Assembly (NCBI RefSeq): GCF_016433145.1 | Contig: NC_058132.1 | Location: 88,926,432 to 88,990,431, forward strand | DNA length: 64,000 nucleotides | Source of the DNA: Gracilinanus agilis | Taxonomy: Eukaryota | Reading direction: 5' to 3' | In this document: piece by piece, positions 49,561 through 62,516 of the stretch | Position numbering within the stretch: the stretch's first letter is position 1 | Layout: the number at the start of each line of letters is the position of its first letter | Made by a program: the position numbers and the translations under genes | The notes under the pieces: model-generated | Database searches by the model: none | What the model saw: only the letters and a program-made list of their open reading frames with translations | Told to the model about the DNA's origin: nothing

Positions 49561-52500
49561 TAAAAGAGAGGTGAATGAAATCCTAGAAAAATTAGACTTA
49601 ATAGATATGTGGAGAAAAATAAATAGGGACAGAAAGGAATACACCTTCTTTTCAGCTACACATGGTACATTCACAAAGATTGACCATGTTATAGGGCATA
49701 GAATCATTGCAAACAAATGCAAAAGAGCAGAAATAATAAATGTAACCTTCTCAGATCATAATGCGATAAAAATAATAATTAGTAAGGTTACCTGGACAGG
49801 TAAATCAAAAACTAATTGGAAATTAAATAATACGATTCTCCAAAACCAGCTAGTCAAAGAAGAAATAATAGAAACAATCAACAATTTCATTGAAGAGAAT
49901 GACAATGATGAGACATCCTATCAAACTCTGTGGGATGCACCTAAGGCAGTACTCAAGGGGATATTTATATCCTTGAGTTAACAAATTAGGGAGGGCAGAA
50001 ATTAGTGAATTGGGCATGCAACTTAAAAAACTTGAAAGAGAGCAAATTAAAAATCCCCAGATGAAAACTAAATTAGAAATACTAAAAATCAAGGAAGAAA
50101 TTAATAAAATTGAAAGTAAAAGAACTATTGAATTAATAAATAAGTCTAGAAGTTGGTATTTTGAGAAAATAGATAAAATAGACAAAGTACTGGTCAATCT
50201 AATAAAAAAAGGAAAGAAGAAAACCAAATTGACAGTATCAAAGATGAAAAGGGAGACCTCACCTCCAATGAAGAGGAAATTAAGGCAATCATTAAAAACT
50301 ATTTTGCCCAATTATATGGCAATAAATATAGCAATTGAGGTGACATGGATGAATATTTACAAAAATATAAATTGCCTAGATTAACAGCAGGAGAAATAGA
50401 ATACCTAAATAATCCCATATCAGAAAAAGAAATTGAACAAGCCATTAAAGAACTCCCTAAGAAAAAATTGCCAGGGCCAGATGGATTCACAAGTGAATTC
50501 TATCAAACATTCAAAGAACAACTAATCTCAATACTATACAAATTATTTGATATAATAAGCAAAGGAGGAGTCCTACCAAATTCCTTTTATGACACAAATA
50601 TGGTACTAATTCCAAAGCCAGGGAGATCAAAAACAGAGAAAGAAAACTACAGACCAATCTCCCTAATGAACATAGATGCAAAAATCTTAAATAGAATACT
50701 AGCAAAGAGATTCCAGCAAGTGATCAAGAGGATTATCCACCATGATCAGGTGGGATTTATACCAGGAATGCAAGGATGGTTCAGCATTACGAAAACCATC
50801 CACATAATTGACCATATCAACAATCTAACAAACAAAAATCACATGATTATCACAATAGATGATGAAAAAGCTTTTGACAAAACACAACATCCATTCCTAT
50901 TGAAAACACTGGAAATAGGAATAGAATGTCCTTTCCTAAAAATAATAAACAGTATATATCTAAAACCATCAACAAGCATCATATGCAAAGGAGATAAATT
51001 AGAAGCCTTCCCAATAAGATCAGGAGTGAAACAAGGATGCTCATTATCACTTCTATTGTTTAACATTGTACTAGAAACACTAGCAGTTGCAATTAGAGAA
51101 GAAAGGGAAACTGAAGGTATCAAAATAGGCAATGAGGAGACTAAGCTATCACTCTTTGCAGATGATATGATGGTCTACTTAAAAAATCCTAGAGAATCAA
51201 CTAAGAAGCTTATAGAAATAATCAACAACTTTAGCAAAGTTGCAGGATACAAAATAAATGCACATAAATCATCGGCATTTCTATATATTTCCAACACATC
51301 ACAGCAGAATGAGGCAGAGAAAGAAACACCATTTAAAATCACCCTAGACAATATAAAATACTTAGGAATCTATCTACCAAAACAAACACAGGAATTATAC
51401 AAAAACAACTACAAAACACTTTCCAAACAATTAAAACTAGATCTAAACAATTGGAAAAAAAACATTGATTGTTCATGGTTAGGACAAGCAAATATGAAAA
51501 AAAATGACCATCCTACCCAAATTAATTTACGTATTAGCTCCATACCTATCAAATTACCAAAAAACTTTTTCACTGAATTAGAAAAAACTATAACAAATTT
51601 CATTTGGAATAACAAAAGATCAAGAATTTCAAGGGAAATAATGAAAAAAAAATGTGAAGGAAGGTGGCCTAGCAGTACCAGATATTAAACTATACTATAA
51701 AGCAGTGGTCATCAAAACAATATGGTACTGGCTAAGAGACAGAAGGGAGGATCATTGGGATACACTTGGGGTAAGTGACGTCAGCAAGATAGTGTATGAT
51801 AAACCCAAAGAGCCAAACTTTTCGGACAAAAATCCACTATTTGACAAAAACTGATGGGAAATGTGGAAAACAATATGGGAGAGATTAGGTTTAGATCAAC
51901 ATCTCACACCCTACACCAAGATAAATTCAGAATGGGTGAATGACTTGAATATAAAGACAGAAACTATAAAAAAAATTAAGTGAACACAGAATAGTATACC
52001 TATCAGATCTCTGGGAAAGGAAAGCTTTTAAAACCAAGCAAGAGTTAGAGAAAAATACAAAATGTAAACTAAATAATTTTGATCATATTAAATTAAAAAG
52101 CTTTTGTACAAATAAAAACAATGCAACCAAAATCAGAAGGGAAACAACAAATTGGTAAAAAATCTTCATAACAAAAAACTCTGAAAGGGGTTTTGTGTTA
52201 GTTAAAATCACCTGGGGTTCCATTTGGAAGGATTGAACCTCAATATAGTGTTTGACAAACTTCTGTGGACCTGTGGGGGTCCTTAAAACTACATTTCCCG
52301 TGGTCCAATGGGTTTCTTGTTTTGGATTACGTATTGAAGGTGAGGGTCTGTTTTATAATAGGGGGAAGTGACGTGGGACTTCCTCTTTAGCTACCTGAGG
52401 AGTGGAGAGAGGAAAGGAAAATGGCTGAGGGTGAGGTTGGAATAGGTTTCTTACAGGCGCATGGTCAGTTTATCTCTATCAGCATGGCTTTTATTAAAAT

Positions 52501-53594
52501 ACTATTCTTCCTTTTGATCTTGGCCCTCATCATTTTTAATCATAACAGTTTAATTACTCAAATATACAAGGAGTTAAATCAATTGTATAAAAAATTAAGC
52601 CATTCCCCAATTGATATATGAGCAAGGGACATTAATAGGCAATTTTCACATAAAGAAATCAAAACTATCAATAAGCCCATGAGAAAGAGCTCTAAATCTC
52701 TAATAATTAGAGAAATACAAATCAAAATAACTCTGAGGTATCACCTCACACCTAGCAGATTAGCTAACATGACAGCAAAGGAAAATAATAAATGTTGGAG
52801 GGGATGTGGCAAAATTGGGACATTAATGCATTGCTGGTGGAGTTGTGAACTGATCCAACCATTTTGGATGGCAATTTGAAACTATGCTCAAAGGGCTTTA
52901 AAATAATGCCTGCCCTTTGATCCAGCCATACCATTGTTAGGGTTGTACCCCAAAGAGATCATAGATAAACAGACTTGTACAAAAATATTTATAGCTATGC
53001 TTTTTGTGGTGGCAAAAAACTGGGAAATGAGGGTATGCCCTTCAATTGAGGAATGGCTGAACAAATTGTGGTATATGCTGGTGATGGAATATTATTGTGC
53101 TCAAAGGAATAATAAACTGGAGGAATTCCATGTGAACTGGAAAGACCTCCAGGAATTGATGCAGAGTGAAAGGAGCAGAGCTAGAAGAACATTGTAGACA
53201 AAGACCAATACACTGTGGTAAAACAGAATGTAATGGACTCCTGTACTAGCAGCAATGCAATGACCCAGGACAGTTCTGAGGAACTTTTATAGTAAATAAA
53301 GCTAACCACATTCAGAGGAAGAACTGCAGGAGTGGAAACAGAGAAGAAAAGCAACTGCTTGAACACATGGGTTTAGGTGGATATGATTGGGGATGTAGAC
53401 TCGAAACTACCACACCAATGCAACTATCAACAATTTGGTAATAGGTCTTGATCAATGACACACGTTAAAACCAGTAGAAATGAGCATCGGCTATGGGGGG
53501 GGGAGTAGTTGGGGGTAAAGGGAAAAGTAAGAGCATGAATCATGTAACCATGTTAACTTTTCTAAAAAATAAAAATTATTAAATGAAAAAAAAA
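49561..53594 (+). mobile_element. 5'-truncated, relatively young L1 (partial endonuclease, RT, C-terminus, 3' UTR, A-tail) inside the ERV
   Basis: ORF 50345-51688 (447 aa) with [27 protein letters not shown] and LFADDM. Flanking ORF2 pieces are frameshifted. A-rich tail at about 53565-53594. No TSD found. Confidence 0.93.
52194..52547 (+). mobile_element. Solo LTR inserted in the L1
   Basis: 354 bp with TGT...ACA ends. 4-bp TSD gttt at 52190-52193 and 52548-52551. TATA-like tttataat at about 52352 and ATTAAA at about 52494. L1 sequence rejoins across it. Confidence 0.9.
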
Positions 53595-54275
53595 CCTGAA
53601 AAAAGTTCTAGTCTTTTTTTATTTCTATTTTCTTTCATAATGTGGCAACTTAATGTAGTCCAGACTGTTAAATTGGATTGGTAATGATTGTTGTTGCATG
53701 CTTATGAAACATGAATCACTACAAGAACCTGTTGTGATTTGTGAATTTTTTCACATTTCTAATATTCTATATTTCTCCCAGAGATTATTTTTATTCTTTG
53801 ATGTTTTTAATAATTTATTAATATGCCTTACTAATCCACCATGTATCCCTGTGTCATCCTCATGAGGGAATATGTTATTATCCTCCTCAGGGATGACTAT
53901 GTTATTGTTGTGAATTTTTTATTTTGAATTAGAGTTTAATTTAGAAAAAGAAACTACCTCCCAGAATCCAGAAGGTGAACTTTTTGGAGAAGGCAACACA
54001 AAGATGTCTGCGGAGACCGCATGCTGCTCCAGGAGTTCATAAGCAAATTGAATGTGCAGAATTGGACTTTGGGGAGTTGATTGCATTTGCTTATATGTCC
54101 TTTATTGTACCAAAAGGGGACTGCCCCCTACTTGTATTTGTTCTTGATTCCCTTTTTGTTTCCTTCTCCTCACTTTGTTGAATTTTTTCCTGTGTAAATT
54201 TTATATATCCTTTAGTTAATTAAGTTTAAAATGATCCTTTGGAGAGACTGGTCTCTCAAAGGATCACAGGGGGAA

Positions 54276-54570
54276 TGTGGAGGTGGAAAATTTGCTACAC
54301 CTGAGCTAAATTCCTAGCATCCTTTTAAATACATCTTCATTTGACTTACAGGGACTTGGGAGATAAATTTGGCTAAGACCCATGCCACAGGACTTTTTTT
54401 AGGAGCTTGAGCTTTGCTTTGGTTAAGGTGTGGCAGGTGTTGGTCTCTGACTCTGTGCTCTGCTCACTTAACTGAAGGAATCCTTTTCCCTCTTTTTATT
54501 ATCTTTATTCTGTTGTAACAAAGCCATTAAAAAGCTACGAATAGCCTCATAATTTAAATTGTAATTACTT
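54276..54570 (+). mobile_element. 3' LTR of the ERV
   Basis: Starts tgtgg directly after the purine tract cagggggaa (54267-54275). ATTAAA at about 54526. Its end matches the 5' LTR remnant. Confidence 0.8.
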
Positions 54571-55010
54571 CATTAGTGAGATAATCCAAAAGTTGCCTTG
54601 CCTCCTAACTTTTCTCCTCTCCTGAGAGAGACTGTCTTTGTTCTTGGCCGTTATTGCCATACCCTATAATTTTCCTGAAACTGCTAGAATTTCCACACTG
54701 GAGATGTTTATGCTGTATTCATGTATAAACAAAGCTCCCTAGGAGTCATGACTTATATTTAGTTAGGTATATACTGTTTTGTTTTTTTTTTGTTGATGAT
54801 GATCCATTATTTTTTAGAAGACCAATAACACCACAATGAGTGATGTCTTCACTTGTATGTGAATTAGATCATAGGGAGACAGATTTGTGCAGAATCATCA
54901 GTCTCACTTTTTAGGTCATTGAAGTTCAGTGGCAAGACACAATTCAAAATGACTAGTAACATCATGGGATGCAGTGGATGACCTTGGCATCTTCACTGTC
55001 TTGCTAAGTT

Positions 55011-55215
55011 GTTTTTTTTTAAACCCTTACCTTCCATCTTGGAGTAAATACTGTGTATTGGCTCCAAGGCAGAAGAGCGGTAAGGGTAGGCAGTGGGGGT
55101 CAAGTGACTTGCCCAGGGTCACACAGCTGGGAATTATCTGAGGCCAGATTTGAACCTAGGACCTCCTGTCTCTAGGCCTGGTTCTCAATCCACTGAGCTA
55201 CCCAGCTGTGCCCCC
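55011..55215 (-). mobile_element. Young SINE1_Mdo-like SINE
   Basis: T-tail and antisense head. TSD cttgctaagtt / cttactaagtt at 55000-55010 and 55216-55226. Confidence 0.92.
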
Positions 55216-56129
55216 CTTACTAAGTTTTAAGAACTCCAAACACTTGCTTCAAAAATATTCATGGCCATTGGAGGGGGGGGGGAAACATGTTCTCTTCTAC
55301 CCTTTTTACTGAGAGAATTCTTCATGTGATTCATATGATTAGGGTAGACATCTTCCTAGACCACCAACAGTTTCTAAACCTGTCTACTACTCTCAACTTG
55401 GTTTGCCCTATTCTGCCAAGATGTTATGGGCTGTGGCTGCTGCAAATGCTATAGGTTCTTGGAACCACAGGTGAGAATGGAATAACACATAGACATCAAA
55501 GTTTAGCAAGCCCATTTACCAGAGCAGTTAGTTCTCCCTGAACCTTTCATACACCTCAGGTATATACAAGGTACATATAGAGTACGTAGAATGTAACTTT
55601 AGAGGGGATATCATGATTAAAAAAAAAACAGCAAGGAATGTATCACCAGTATACATTGTCTCCCCAATCTCTCTATTTCATATTGAGTTCAAACATATGA
55701 CCACTTAGTAGGTCCCAAGTCTGGATCCAACAGTAATCATTTTCTCTGTCTTATTTAATTCCACTAGCTGAATCCTTTAGACACAATGCCAGGGAATAGC
55801 CTCTTAAATCCCAGGTGGTAGCAATGAAAACAAGACACTTGATGATTAATCAAAAGTTCTCAATTGGACTACTGTAGTACCAGGTGATAATTCTTATGTA
55901 AAAAATGTAATGATACATAGTGTGAGAAAATTGTTTTTGGAAAATTTTTTATTCCATTTAATGATTGGTTTTGTTTTCCAAATTAATATTCTTTGATTTC
56001 AGAGTCATGCAATTTCCAACTTTGAAGGAACCCTAAGGATCACTTCATTCAATGGGATCCTAACCAAGAATACATTTTACATTTCCCTGAAAGTGATCTT
56101 CCAGCCTTTTCTAAAATATTTTTAAAATT

Positions 56130-56650
56130 TAAAATTTTTATTTAGACTATTTTTCCTTGGTTATGTGATTTATGATCTCCTCCTCGGCTACACTCTCTAT
56201 TCCCCCCTTCCAAAACTGGCAAGCAGTTCCACTGGGTTATACATGTATTGTTGTTCAAAACATATTTCTATTTAATTCATATTTGCAGTAGAGGGATCCT
56301 TTAACATCAAAACCCCAATCACATCCCTATCACGCAATGTGATCGAGCATATATATTTTTTTACTGTATTTCTTGTTCCACAGTTCTTTCTCTGGATGTG
56401 GATAGCATTCTTTCTCCTAAATTCCACTGATTGTTCTGGGTCATTGCATTGCTGCTGGTAGAAAAGTCAATTATGTTCAGTTGTGCCACAGTGTACAGTG
56501 TTCTTCTGGTTCTGCTTCTTTCACTCTGCCTCAATTCCTAAAGGTCATTCCAATTCACATTGAATTCCTCCAGTTCATTATTCCTTTTAGTACAATAGTT
56601 TTCTATCACCATCAGATATCACAATTTTTTAGCCATTCCCCAATCAGTGG
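56130..56650 (-). mobile_element. L1 3' end
   Basis: Antisense L1 3' UTR (tcattgcattgctgctggtagaaaagtc; ccacagttctttctctggatgtggatag). Confidence 0.85.
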
Positions 56651-56859
56651 ACACCCCCTAGTTTTCAAATTTTTTTTTTGTCATTTAAAAATTTTTAACG
56701 AAGAACTCACTAATCCTGAGGAATCTATTTTTTCTGACCATTATCCTTTCCACAATGTTTTCCCTTATAAGGAACAGAAATCTGAGTCTTTTCAATTATT
56801 ACTCATCATTTTTAGTTCTCTTCATGAGAGATACTTATTTTTATTTATTTTTAAATTAT

Positions 56860-57290
56860 TTTTAATTTTTTTTAAATTTAAGTCCATTTATTTATTTGTT
56901 TGTTTGTTTACTCATGATTGTTTTTCCCATGGTTAAATGATTCGTGTTCTTTCCCTACCTTCCCCTATTCCCTTCCCATAGCCAATGAGCAATTCCAGTG
57001 TGCTTTACATGTATCATTGATTAAGACCTATATTCATATTATTAATATTTGCATTAGAATCATCATTAAAGTCTACTTCCCCAATCATATCCACATCAAA
57101 CCACATGTAATTACGCAGTTGTTTTCTGCTGTGTTTCTGCTCCCACAGTTCTTTCTCTGGATGTGGATATTGTTCTTTCTCCTAAGTTCCCCTGGATTGT
57201 CCTGGATCATTGCATTGCTGCTAGTAGAGAAGTCAATTGCATTCGATTGTGCCATAGTATATCAGTATCTGTGTACAATTCTAGAGATAT
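56860..57290 (-). mobile_element. L1 3' end (second short copy)
   Basis: T-rich tail followed by antisense L1 3' UTR (gatcattgcattgctgctagtagagaagtc). Confidence 0.85.
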
Positions 57291-59919
57291 TTAGAAAAAA
57301 AAAAAACAACCCAAACTCTCTTCCACATGACAACCCCCTAAGTACTTGAAGAGAGTAATCATGTATTTTCCCCAAACTAAATTTCCTCCATTCCTAGAAC
57401 TGCATAATCATAAAATTAGAATATTAAATATAAGAACTGGAAATAGCTTCATATATTATCTAGAACAATCCCAACATGACTGAATTATTAAAATTGGTTA
57501 TAGGGGCCAACCTATATCTTTTCAAAATCCAAATCTAAATTTTCAGTTCCCTCTATAGTCTCTTAAGAACTCGAATTCATTCATTGAATAAGGTCTTTAT
57601 AAGCCATAAGTTTTCATATCCTGATCCTAGTCACAAGTTTTTATATCCCAATCCTAGTCACCCTTTCATCTTTGCTTATGCAAATAGAACAAATACTAGG
57701 GCTCATGCACTTGAACATGGACATTTTACCCCTTCTCTCCATGTGAATATTGTGCAAAAGAAAAAAAAAAACTTTGGAATAAGAAATAAGAAATAGATTT
57801 CAAATTTTGGCTACATTGCAAAGTTGGACCATCCATGAAATAATCAGAAGTCATTGCAACAAAAATAAGGAAAAGAGGCCAAGGCAATTGAGGTCAGTCA
57901 CAGACTGAAGTTAGGGTTGGATGTGACCTCAGAGATCATTTATTGCCTCTTCCTCATTTACACAGGTGATGAAACTGATATCCAGAGAGCTTAAAAGAGT
58001 TGCCAAAGGAACCAGAACAGGGATTCATTCTTAAATACTTTGATTTTAAATTGAGCACTCTTTCATTGCCTCATGCTGCAATTTATTGTGGATGGCATGT
58101 TGAGAGATTTAGATCAAAGGAAGGGAGGTACTGAAGGGCACTAGAATCAATATTGCTGTAAAAGTAACAGTGTCATAAAAACAATAGACTGAAAAAAAGT
58201 GCTACATGGAAAATTGTACTTCTCTCTGGATCTAGTTTCATTTTACTAAGTAGTTGAGTGAAGAGCTAAAATTCTAAGATAAAAATATAAATTCTCAAAG
58301 AGAAATTTTTTCCACTTGGCAAAAGTTTGAATGCTACCTCTTCCACATTAAATTGAAACTATTCCAAGTTTAATTCTCTAGTTAAAATGAATACCTGCTA
58401 AGGAACTGAGTATGAGAAACAAAGGCCAGATTCCAGTTTTCAAAATGAAGAACCTTGATAAATACATAACATTTTGAGACCAACTCTGCCTATTGTGTCA
58501 GGAACAAGAATCTGACAGCTGAGAGTACTTTTGCAATGAATTATAGTTTTTTTAAAATGGAAAGAGACGTTAAAATCCAAATCAATGAAACAGCAAGTCA
58601 TTGGCAGATGGGGAAACAAATTCAACAAGCATTTATTTAGCATCTATTATATGCTTGAAAGAGGCAAACCTTGCTATTGAACAGAATTGTCCTTAGAATA
58701 AGGAGACTTTGAGTTCAAATCTCATTTCTGACACCTAATGGTTGTGTGTATGCAAAATCAAATACAAAAATAGTCCCTAACACCTCAAATTTATATTTTA
58801 CTGGAAACATAACCCAGATGTTTCGATTACCTGACAAATATTTTTAAATTGTACCATGGTTTTTATCTAAGAGGGATGGGATTTTCGGGGGCTCTGATAG
58901 AGAAACTGTCAGTTTTTCGGAGGAATTTCCACACATGAGGGACTAAATACTAATGCTAAACAACATATAAATACTGTTCTCTGAAGTTTTTCATAACTTT
59001 GACTCTAAGTAAACTTTAAATGCATGGTCATCTTTGACATGCTATCCAGCATTATTAAAGATGACTTTTCTAGGCTTGCAATTCATACATATCACATTGT
59101 CTATCTCTTCTGAGGTAACCCTTGCACAAGTTAGTTCTAGTCCTTCAGGAGGTAATAAAGGCCAAGGCATAGATAGGGAAGGCAATCCAAGAATCAAAGC
59201 CAATATAGGACTATTTGAAGAGAGTGCAAGGACTTTAGAAAAAGAATTTGATGAATCATTTGTTTAAGGATGTAATAAGCACCTATTACTTGTAACACTT
59301 ATGTTATGGGAAAGATAATTGAAGCACCAGAGAATGATTTCATCAAGGATCTGGGATAGTGGTATACCTGGGCTAAGAACCATTGGTTCTTGATTTCCTT
59401 TACACTGACCTAAAAATAATTTTATGAACATCAAATATGTCAATGAACAATTTTTGCTGTTTATGCCCAAAATATCATAACTTTTCATTACTCGAAGTAT
59501 GAATTGGGATCCATTTCCAGTTGTTTTTCCTCTATTAAATAGTCAATGTTAAAAAATCCCATTTTTTCTAGTTCAGTTTTTTTAAATCAGCACTCTTTCA
59601 TAAATGCCCTAACATATTTTCTTTTGCTCCTCATACTTGGCAATTTTAACATTGTGGTATTCTATTACCTTAATGTGATATAATTTTCTAACATATTTCT
59701 CTCTATTTGGATCCTTAAGGATTTTCCACTTATAAGTAATGCTACTTTGAATGTCTTTGAAGAAATAATTATTGTTGTTTCCAGTATTGTTTTGTGGTAT
59801 ATGAAAACAAATGAATTATTAGATCAAAGAACATTTTTTTTAATTTTACTGTTTTTTGATAGATTGTACTCCAAAAGCCATGGAAATATAGATTACATGA
59901 CCACAATTCTTAGGTTTTG

Positions 59920-60204
59920 TTATACCTGGGGAATTTCTAGCAGAGTTATGGTTGTCTCCATAGACCCACATGGTTATCCCATAGACACAGCAATGATACC
60001 TGAGGGACTAGGAATGCCCTAATGAGATACTACCTTTTTTCCTGCCTCCTGATAATGGGAACCAGATGAGGATATAAAGTCTTTTTCTATGGTAAGAATT
60101 TCTGGAAAACATGGCTCATGAAGACTGGCAATTGATCCTTGGGAAGATTTCTTCTGATCTCTAGCACCCTTTAGAATGTTTCATACTTCATTCTCCAGGT
60201 AAGT
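59920..60204 (+). promoter_or_regulatory. Candidate promoter and first-exon donor of the OR at 61584
   Basis: Olf/EBF-like sites (59924-59933, 60136-60144), homeodomain-type TAATGA (60020-60025) and a perfect donor CAG|GTAAGT (exon ends at 60198). Candidate acceptor ctctcttag at about 61529. Confidence 0.45.
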
Positions 60205-60791
60205 GACCTATGTCTCACAAGGAGATAGAATCTATCTCCGGATTATGATAGAACTTGGAGGAATGTCCTTTCCATTCACAAAACCTTTCTTCAGACAAAG
60301 TTCATGTAAGGTACAGAATACTGAAATCCTGATTGTAAGAGTTAATAACCCTAATGCTTATAAGATAATATATTCATACCTTGAAAATATACTTCAAGTC
60401 TTCTCAGTATGAAGATGTTGGTAATATGAGTATATAGAAGTAGCTGGAATATATCTTGGTAGTCAATCTTATTTTATAGATGAGGAGATTGAAGTTTATA
60501 GAGGTCAAATAACTCAAGACCATACAAGTAGTAGAGAAGGTAACAAAGCCAAAATTTGTCCCATGTCATCTCATTACAAATCCAGAATTCTTAATATGAT
60601 ATATTGCTTCTAACACCTTACATGTATTTCAAGGAAATAGAATTGATTTTATTTTTTAGAATCATCAAATTAAAAGATGAATACCAAAGTTTATTATATG
60701 CTTATTATGTGCCAGATGCTGCTAATCATTGAGGTTGCTAATGTAAACAAGCAAGATGGTTCCTGCTCTCAAGAAGCTTAAATCCTAATTG

Positions 60792-60928
60792 NNNNNNNNN
60801 NNNNNNNNNNNNNNNNNNNNNNNNNNNNNNNNNNNNNNNNNNNNNNNNNNNNNNNNNNNNNNNNNNNNNNNNNNNNNNNNNNNNNNNNNNNNNNNNNNNN
60901 NNNNNNNNNNNNNNNNNNNNNNNNNNNN
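60792..60928. other. Assembly gap (137 N)
   Basis: Run of N. Confidence 1.
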
Positions 60929-61062
60929 ATTGAATGAACTTTATTTTCATTATTGAAATTACTACTGATACAATCATCTCCATCTAAATCACTAACAACT
61001 TCTGGAAGAGTTTTACTATTACTATGACTAACTAGCCTCATTCAGGATAATATAGGGGTTAG

Positions 61063-61119
61063 GGGGCAGCTAGGTTGCTCAGTGGATTGAGAGTCAAGCC
61101 TAGGGATGGGAGGCCCTAG
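61063..61119 (+). mobile_element. Truncated SINE1_Mdo-like head
   Basis: ggggcagctaggttgctcagtggattgagag..., ending after about 57 bp. Confidence 0.75.
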
Positions 61120-61583
61120 TGTTTTTCAAACTCTTTGAGGTCTGCATTGTTCTATTGGTTTTCCCTGACTGACAGACATAACATCTTGTATATAATAGGC
61201 TGTTATGTTTGTTGACTGATTGAGGACCTGATTTGGCCAAGTTTTGGAGTTAGAGGCTACAAATATTACTCATTGCAATAGGAAAATGTAATTTGATTTT
61301 CTTCTTCTTCTTTTATTATATTAAAATAATATTACATATTATATTATAATAATATCTTATTATTCACACACCTGTGTTTGCCAGTAGGCTTGTCTCACAA
61401 TTCAGTGGACTGGACAGAAATGGTTGCCCATGTATACAGTGACCATCACGAAGCCTCATAAAGATGTCAAGAAAAGATTGTTTAGAGGTGATTAGGATAA
61501 TAAATTAGAATGATTCTGGCCTCTCTTAGTTTAGGAACTGAAGACTTAGAGAACACTGCACTAGTATCTCACATCTGACTATA

Positions 61584-62516
61584 ATGACCTCATTAAACAA
61601 CAGTCACTTCAGGCCTTTTCTTCTTACTGGCTTTCCTGGATTGGAAGCATTTCATCCACAGATCTCTATAGTATTCTGCTTTCTCTACTTGATTGCCATT
61701 CTGGGAAATGGCACCATCCTGGTTGTGATCTGGGAAGAAGAGACACTCCATGAGCCCATGTACCTCTTCCTTTCCATGTTAGCAGCCAGTGACCTGGGAA
61801 TCTGTGCCACCACTCTGCCCACCTTGCTCAAGCTCTTCTGGTTTAATGCCCCTGAAATCAACATTGATGCCTGCCTCGTCCAGATGTTCTTCATCCATGT
61901 CTTCTCCCTCATGGAGTCCGGCATTCTACTCTCCATGGCTTTTGATCGCTATGTGGCTATCTGCAACCCTCTCCGGTATACAGCTATCCTGACCAATTCT
62001 GTCATCATGAAAATTGGCTTAGGGCTCCTGGTTCGGGCTGTCTCAGTCATCTTTCCAGCACCATGGCTTATCAAGCAGATGAAATTTTGTAAGAGCAATG
62101 TCCTTTCCCATTCCTATTGCCTTCACCCAGATATCATGAAGCTCTCCTGTTCTGACCAGCGGATAAGTAGCATCACTGGCCTCATCGTCATCATCTCCAC
62201 CTTTGGTATGGACTCTCTGCTCATCCTCCTATCCTACCTGAAGATTCTTATCATGGTGCTGGGCATTGCCTCTCAAAAGGAACAGCTCAAGGTCCTCAAC
62301 ACTTGTGTCTCTCACATCTGTGCTGTCTTGCTGATCTACATCCCCATGCTTGGTGTGTCCATTATCCACCGCTTTGGAAAGTATGTCTCTCCTGTGGTTC
62401 ACATCATTATGGGTTATGTGTACTTGCTAATCCCTCCTGTTCTCAACCCCATTGTCTACTGCACCAAGAACCATGAAATTCGCTCCCATGTCATTAGGCT
62501 CTTTCAGCCAAAATAA
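61584..62516 (+). CDS. Class I olfactory receptor, OR51 family (310 aa, intact)
   Basis: FLLTGFPGLE, LHEPMYLFL, MAFDRYVAICNPLRY, SHSYCLHPD, LNTCVSHICAV and PPVLNPIVY. N-glycosylation site NNS at the N-terminus. Confidence 0.93.
   Translation: MTSLNNSHFRPFLLTGFPGLEAFHPQISIVFCFLYLIAILGNGTILVVIWEEETLHEPMYLFLSMLAASDLGICATTLPTLLKLFWFNAPEINIDACLVQMFFIHVFSLMESGILLSMAFDRYVAICNPLRYTAILTNSVIMKIGLGLLVRAVSVIFPAPWLIKQMKFCKSNVLSHSYCLHPDIMKLSCSDQRISSITGLIVIISTFGMDSLLILLSYLKILIMVLGIASQKEQLKVLNTCVSHICAVLLIYIPMLGVSIIHRFGKYVSPVVHIIMGYVYLLIPPVLNPIVYCTKNHEIRSHVIRLFQPK

Larger units (their letters stand above)
47141..54570 (+). mobile_element. Degraded gammaretrovirus-like (ERV1) provirus with nested insertions
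   Basis: The 5' LTR remnant at 47141-47173 matches the 3' LTR end at 54535-54567 (31/33). Also present: PBS, leader with splice donor, gag remnant, AT-rich internal region, polypurine tract and 3' LTR. The single-provirus assignment is inferred from this order. Confidence 0.75.

Noticed and set aside
50345-51688. 447-codon open L1 reverse-transcriptase ORF as a possible active or domesticated gene
   Set aside because: The element is 5'-truncated, the ORF is flanked by frameshifted ORF2 pieces and interrupted downstream by an LTR. A long open stretch is expected in a young L1.
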